64,000 bases of DNA. It comes from Candidatus Gottesmanbacteria bacterium (GTDB lineage Bacteria; Patescibacteriota; Microgenomatia; UBA10105; UBA927). The stretch is from NCBI GenBank assembly GCA_030679255.1, contig JAUXTO010000042.1:44714-108713 (forward strand). The letters are read 5' to 3'. Positions 60,052 through 64,000 of the stretch are shown here, one piece after another. Each line of letters begins with the position of its first letter. Positions within the stretch are counted from its first letter, which is position 1. A program made the translations under genes and the position numbers. The notes beneath the pieces are model-generated. The model made no database searches, had not been told where the DNA came from, and worked only from the letters and a program-made list of their open reading frames with translations.

Positions 60052-61929
60052 ATGAAACCCTACTTGAACATTTTATTTCGCAATACTCTCGTGGGCATCA
60101 AACGTATTCCATTCAATTATTCTATTATTCTGTTATTCGTTTATTCTCTTATTTCTGCGCCGATGGCGCAGGCGGCAGGTGAGTTTACCGCCAATTATGA
60201 TGTTTCCTACGCCATCGCCCCAAACGGCGTGACGATCGTCACCCAAACCGTATCGCTCGTCAACCGTCAAACAAATTTTTATCCCAAACAGTATTCGATA
60301 CTCCTGGATACGCTCAATGTCCGTAACATCATAGCGCGGGATGACGGGGGGACCGTGACCCCGAAGATTACCCAGACAGACGGAAAAACGGAGATTCTGA
60401 TTACCTTCAATAAACAAATTGTCGGACTCGGTAAACAAACACAATTTACTCTGCGGTTCGAAAATATGGATATTGCCCAAAAAAATGGGAATATTTGGGA
60501 GGTGAATATCCCGGGTATTACTGATGATGAGAATTTAGGAACGTATGCGGTGAGCATTCAAACCCCACCGACGTTTGGGGCCACCAGTTATCTCAAACCA
60601 TTGCCTGCCGACGGGAAGCGTTGGAGCCGGGATCAGATGACCCGGGGCGGCATAAGTGCCGCATATGGTGATACTCAATATGCAAAATTGACCCTACGGT
60701 ATTATCTCGACAATCCGGGAGTGAGGGGTACCCGCCAGGAAATTGCTTTGCCTCCCGATACGGCATTTCAACGGGTAGCAATTGACGCGATCAACCCAAA
60801 ACCTCTCGAAATGGTCAAAGATGATGATGGGAATTGGCTTGCCCGTTATTTGGTTAGTCCGGGTCAAAAATTGTCGATTGAAGCAGTCATTTCCGTGACA
60901 TTGCGCTTGCCATCCCTTAATTCGGAAATTGCTTCATCTTCAGGTGTTTATCAAGATCGTCAACTCAATGACTATCTGAAGCCATTACCGTATTGGGAGT
61001 CGAGCGATCCTACGATCAAATCTCTTGCTGCAACATATGCCACGCCCAAAGATATCTATGATTACGTCGTGTCAACACTAAATTATGATTATGAGCGTGT
61101 CAAAACTATCCCTAAACGGAAAGGTGCCCTCGAAGCCACCAAAACCCCAAAAAGCGCGCTTTGTATGGAATTTACTGATTTGTTTATTGCCATTGCCCGT
61201 GCGGCAGGAATACCAGCCCGTGAAGTCGTAGGATATGCCCATACGACCAATGCGATCTTGCGCCCGCTCTCTCTCGTCACGGATGTACTCCACGCATGGC
61301 CGGAGTATTATGACCGGGAACGGGGCAGATGGATGCCCATCGATCCGACGTGGGGAAGTACCACGGGAGGCGTCGATTACTTTTCGGTACTGGATTTTAA
61401 CCATATCGCATTTGCCATCCACGGAAAATCCAGTTCTCAGCCACTGCCTGCCGGGTTTTACCGGGAAAATGGCCGTGAAGGAAAAGATGTACTCGTTGAA
61501 TTTTTAGGAGAAGTCATCTCGTCCGCCACGGCTAAACTTATTCCCCGGATTGAATTCCCAGGAACCGTCACGGCTGGATTCCGGGGAGTTGGTATGGCAA
61601 CGGTAGAAAATACGGGTGGCGTAGAAGCTACGGATGTTTCCGTTCATATAGAGACCGTACCTTTTTCGTATACGATGAACAAAGACCATCAAACCATTGC
61701 CCCCTACAGCAACCTTACTTTGCCCTTGACGATGTCTATACCTGCTTTACTCGGCCGATCAAAAGGAAGAATCACGATGACCGTGGGTGACCGCTCGGTT
61801 GAGCATTCCTTCGATATACAACCCATTTCTTGGCTTTATTTGTCTCTATCCGGTATGATCGGAAGCGCAGGGATTTTGTTATGGATCGTCATCGTACATC
61901 CTTTTTCAAAAAAAGTACCCAAAAAATAG
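60052..61929 (+). CDS. transglutaminase-like domain membrane protein
   Basis: 625 aa; N- and C-terminal TM; ALCMEFTDLFIAIARAAGIPAR transglutaminase-like Cys core. Confidence 0.65.
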   Translation: MKPYLNILFRNTLVGIKRIPFNYSIILLFVYSLISAPMAQAAGEFTANYDVSYAIAPNGVTIVTQTVSLVNRQTNFYPKQYSILLDTLNVRNIIARDDGGTVTPKITQTDGKTEILITFNKQIVGLGKQTQFTLRFENMDIAQKNGNIWEVNIPGITDDENLGTYAVSIQTPPTFGATSYLKPLPADGKRWSRDQMTRGGISAAYGDTQYAKLTLRYYLDNPGVRGTRQEIALPPDTAFQRVAIDAINPKPLEMVKDDDGNWLARYLVSPGQKLSIEAVISVTLRLPSLNSEIASSSGVYQDRQLNDYLKPLPYWESSDPTIKSLAATYATPKDIYDYVVSTLNYDYERVKTIPKRKGALEATKTPKSALCMEFTDLFIAIARAAGIPAREVVGYAHTTNAILRPLSLVTDVLHAWPEYYDRERGRWMPIDPTWGSTTGGVDYFSVLDFNHIAFAIHGKSSSQPLPAGFYRENGREGKDVLVEFLGEVISSATAKLIPRIEFPGTVTAGFRGVGMATVENTGGVEATDVSVHIETVPFSYTMNKDHQTIAPYSNLTLPLTMSIPALLGRSKGRITMTVGDRSVEHSFDIQPISWLYLSLSGMIGSAGILLWIVIVHPFSKKVPKK

Positions 61930-63257
61930 CGCCGGATTCTACCGGTCTTGCTTCCGTCACGACGCGTCCCGGTGTTTATCTCTATTGCGATTCCCATGGT
62001 ACAGTTCTTTATGTAGGAAAAGCGAAAAATGTAAAGAAAAGAGTCCGGCAATATTTTGTCCGCAGAGAGAGACTCACGACGAAAACGCAAACCTTGGTTC
62101 CTCAAATCAGCTCTATCCAAACGATTGCAACCGACAGCGAATTTGACGCCCTCCTCTTGGAAGCACATCTTATACGGGAATTTATGCCGAAATATAACAG
62201 TATTGCCAAGGATGATAAAAGTCCGCTCTATATCGCAATCACATTTGAAGAACTATTGCCACGCATCATTTTGACAAGAAAAACGACGATCGATTCATGG
62301 AAATCTCATCCAAAACGTGCGATTTTTGGTCCGTTTCAATCGGGTCGGATAGCGCGCCGGCTCTTGCTCTCCGTGCGGCATAGTATTCCATTCTGCAGCC
62401 AAAAACAACGTAATGGAAACCCTTGTTTTTATACCCACATAGGACTTTGCGACCCCTGTCCAAGTCTCATAAGCAAAATGCCGGAAGGAATAGGCAAGGC
62501 TCAATTACTTCGAAGGTATAAACACAATATTCGACGTGTTGCTCTGGTCCTCTCAGGACAGGCAAGTAAAGTCCGGATCGAACTGACGCACGCGATGAAT
62601 GCGCGCGCTGGTGTCATGGCGTATGAGGAGGCAGGAGAGATAAAAAAACAAGTGGATGCGCTCGATATGCTCCTGACCCATATATTTGATCCGAGTGTAT
62701 ATACCGATGGGGCAAGTCAACCCTCCCACATTCATGAGACACGACTTACCGACCTTGTCCGGGTATTATCGGGTGCAGGGATGACCTTGACATCGCTCAA
62801 AAGAATCGAGTGCATCGATATTTCCACCATACAAGGTTCATGGTCTACCGGATCGCTTGTCGTATTTACGGATGGTATTCCTGATACGGGACAGTACCGC
62901 AGATTCCGTATCAAGCTCGGGGGCAAGCCGAATGATGTGGGCATGATGACTGAAGTTATCACACGCCGGTTTGGGCACGCGGAGTGGCCAAATCCTAATT
63001 TACTGATTGTTGACGGAGGAAAGCCGCAGGTGAAAGGAGCGCTCAATGCGCTATCTGGATTTTCAAATATTCCCATTATTGGCCTCGCGAAGCGATTTGA
63101 GGAAATTATTATTCCATCAGGCAATCCTTCATCTCCTTTCTTTTCAACGATTCGACTTGAAACCTCCCGCCCTGCTCTCCAGATACTCCAGCACATCCGG
63201 GATGAGGCCCACCGGTTTGCAAAAAAATATCACACCTCGTTGCGATCGCTCTCGTAG
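61881..63257 (+). CDS. uvrC: excinuclease ABC subunit C (short form, ~459 aa)
   Basis: GIY-YIG PGVYLYCDSHGTVLYVGKAKN..RVRQYF; 49-nt overlap with upstream gene if start is 61881. Confidence 0.75.
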   Translation: MDRHRTSFFKKSTQKIAPDSTGLASVTTRPGVYLYCDSHGTVLYVGKAKNVKKRVRQYFVRRERLTTKTQTLVPQISSIQTIATDSEFDALLLEAHLIREFMPKYNSIAKDDKSPLYIAITFEELLPRIILTRKTTIDSWKSHPKRAIFGPFQSGRIARRLLLSVRHSIPFCSQKQRNGNPCFYTHIGLCDPCPSLISKMPEGIGKAQLLRRYKHNIRRVALVLSGQASKVRIELTHAMNARAGVMAYEEAGEIKKQVDALDMLLTHIFDPSVYTDGASQPSHIHETRLTDLVRVLSGAGMTLTSLKRIECIDISTIQGSWSTGSLVVFTDGIPDTGQYRRFRIKLGGKPNDVGMMTEVITRRFGHAEWPNPNLLIVDGGKPQVKGALNALSGFSNIPIIGLAKRFEEIIIPSGNPSSPFFSTIRLETSRPALQILQHIRDEAHRFAKKYHTSLRSLS

Positions 63258-63305
63258 GAACCGCTTTCGTTGGTAATTCACCCGGTTTATGGTAGCATTT
63301 ATAGT

Positions 63306-63710
63306 ATGAAAAAGTTCCTGCGTTCGATCGTATTTCATGTGTTTGCGCTCTGGCTGACCAGCACGCTCATCACGAGTCTCTCCATATCCGGAAATGCATG
63401 GGGCATGCTCTCGGCCGGGTTTATGCTCACCGTCATGATGGTGCTTCTCAAGCCTTTGGTGTCTCTTATATTTCTCCCGATCAATATCTTGACACTTGGA
63501 CTCCTGAGTTGGTTTGTCAACGTCGTTGTCCTTTACCTTTGGACGCTATTCGTGCCCAACGTGTCGCTCGTACCATGGGTATTTCCAGGGTTAAATGTTG
63601 GCGGATTTATCATGCCTTCGGCCCAATTAAGCATGCCCTGGACTCTGGTGATTGTGTCCTTGGTCATCATGTTTATCGTTTCTGCATTGGAACGGTTAGA
63701 TGATCATTAA
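63306..63710 (+). CDS. 4-TM membrane protein (phage-holin-4/DUF360-like family)
   Basis: four hydrophobic segments; start trimmed to MKKFLRS. Confidence 0.45.
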   Translation: MKKFLRSIVFHVFALWLTSTLITSLSISGNAWGMLSAGFMLTVMMVLLKPLVSLIFLPINILTLGLLSWFVNVVVLYLWTLFVPNVSLVPWVFPGLNVGGFIMPSAQLSMPWTLVIVSLVIMFIVSALERLDDH

Positions 63711-63721
63711 ATTGGTTCCCT

Positions 63722-64000
63722 ATGCAACATAAAGTTCATTATCCGAGAGTGGTCTGTATTGGGGGAGGAACGGGTACCTTTGTGGCTCTAAAGGGACTCA
63801 AGGAATACCCCGTCGATCTTACGGCAATCGTTACCATGGCAGATAGTGGCGGAAGCAATAAGCGGATCCGTGATGAATTCGGACTTCTTCCGACGAGCGA
63901 TATCCGTCAATGTTTCGTGGCCCTTGCCGATGAAAATGGCGGCGCGGGACTTATGCGTAATCTTTTTATGTACCGTTTTGAAAAGGGCCAGGGAATAGCC
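63722..64000 (+). CDS. yvcK: YvcK/UPF0052 gluconeogenesis-factor family protein, 5' fragment (continues past window)
   Basis: MQHKVHYPRVVCIGGGTGTF...MADSGGSNKRIRDEFGLLP. Confidence 0.7.
   Translation, partial: MQHKVHYPRVVCIGGGTGTFVALKGLKEYPVDLTAIVTMADSGGSNKRIRDEFGLLPTSDIRQCFVALADENGGAGLMRNLFMYRFEKGQGIA

Overview
This 64-kb window reads as a chromosomal segment of a compact, moderate/low-GC bacterium, with long housekeeping ORFs that use TAA, TAG and TGA stops (genetic code 11). The gene content (archaeal-type FBP aldolase/phosphatase, a cupin-type PGI, a minimal purine-salvage set) suggests a Patescibacteria/CPR-like organism, but that is inference.

Core genes:
- pyrG 3' end
- purB
- purA
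- guaB
- rplS
- yraN
- cyclophilin
- DEAD-box helicase
- cspA
- tdk
- a Y-family DNA polymerase
- metK
- rarA
- NUDIX hydrolase
- holA
- a sugar-phosphate/gluconeogenic block: PMM, IMPase, two cupins, ppsA, eno, gpmI, fbp, acs
- rsmI
- dedA
- lexA
- uvrB
- uvrA
- a transglutaminase-like protein
- uvrC
- yvcK 5' end

Two accessory patches interrupt this backbone. The first is a roughly 16-kb low-GC integrated phage- or satellite-like element abutting tRNA-Lys(UUU), at about 6.9-23.3 kb. It carries a large serine recombinase, an Xis-like HTH protein, a split CHC2-zinc-finger/D5-type primase, TerS and TerL, two giant Q/N-rich proteins and unknown cargo. No portal, capsid or tail gene is recognisable. 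On the left it is flanked by a Panacea(DUF4065)-type antitoxin paired with a putative HEPN-like toxin. The second is a smaller variable patch around tRNA-Glu, at about 28.2-32.1 kb, holding an IS1595-like transposase, a disrupted DinD-like pseudogene and small unknown proteins.

Several non-coding signals stand out:
- a dispersed family of imperfect palindromic repeats sitting immediately 5' of three start codons that lack a Shine-Dalgarno sequence;
- a 34-bp perfect palindrome plus a related second palindrome between tdk and the Y-family polymerase operon;
- a structured leader ending in a terminator upstream of metK;
- recurrent GTC/GAC-based 7-9-nt tandem repeats, both inside genes and after ppsA.
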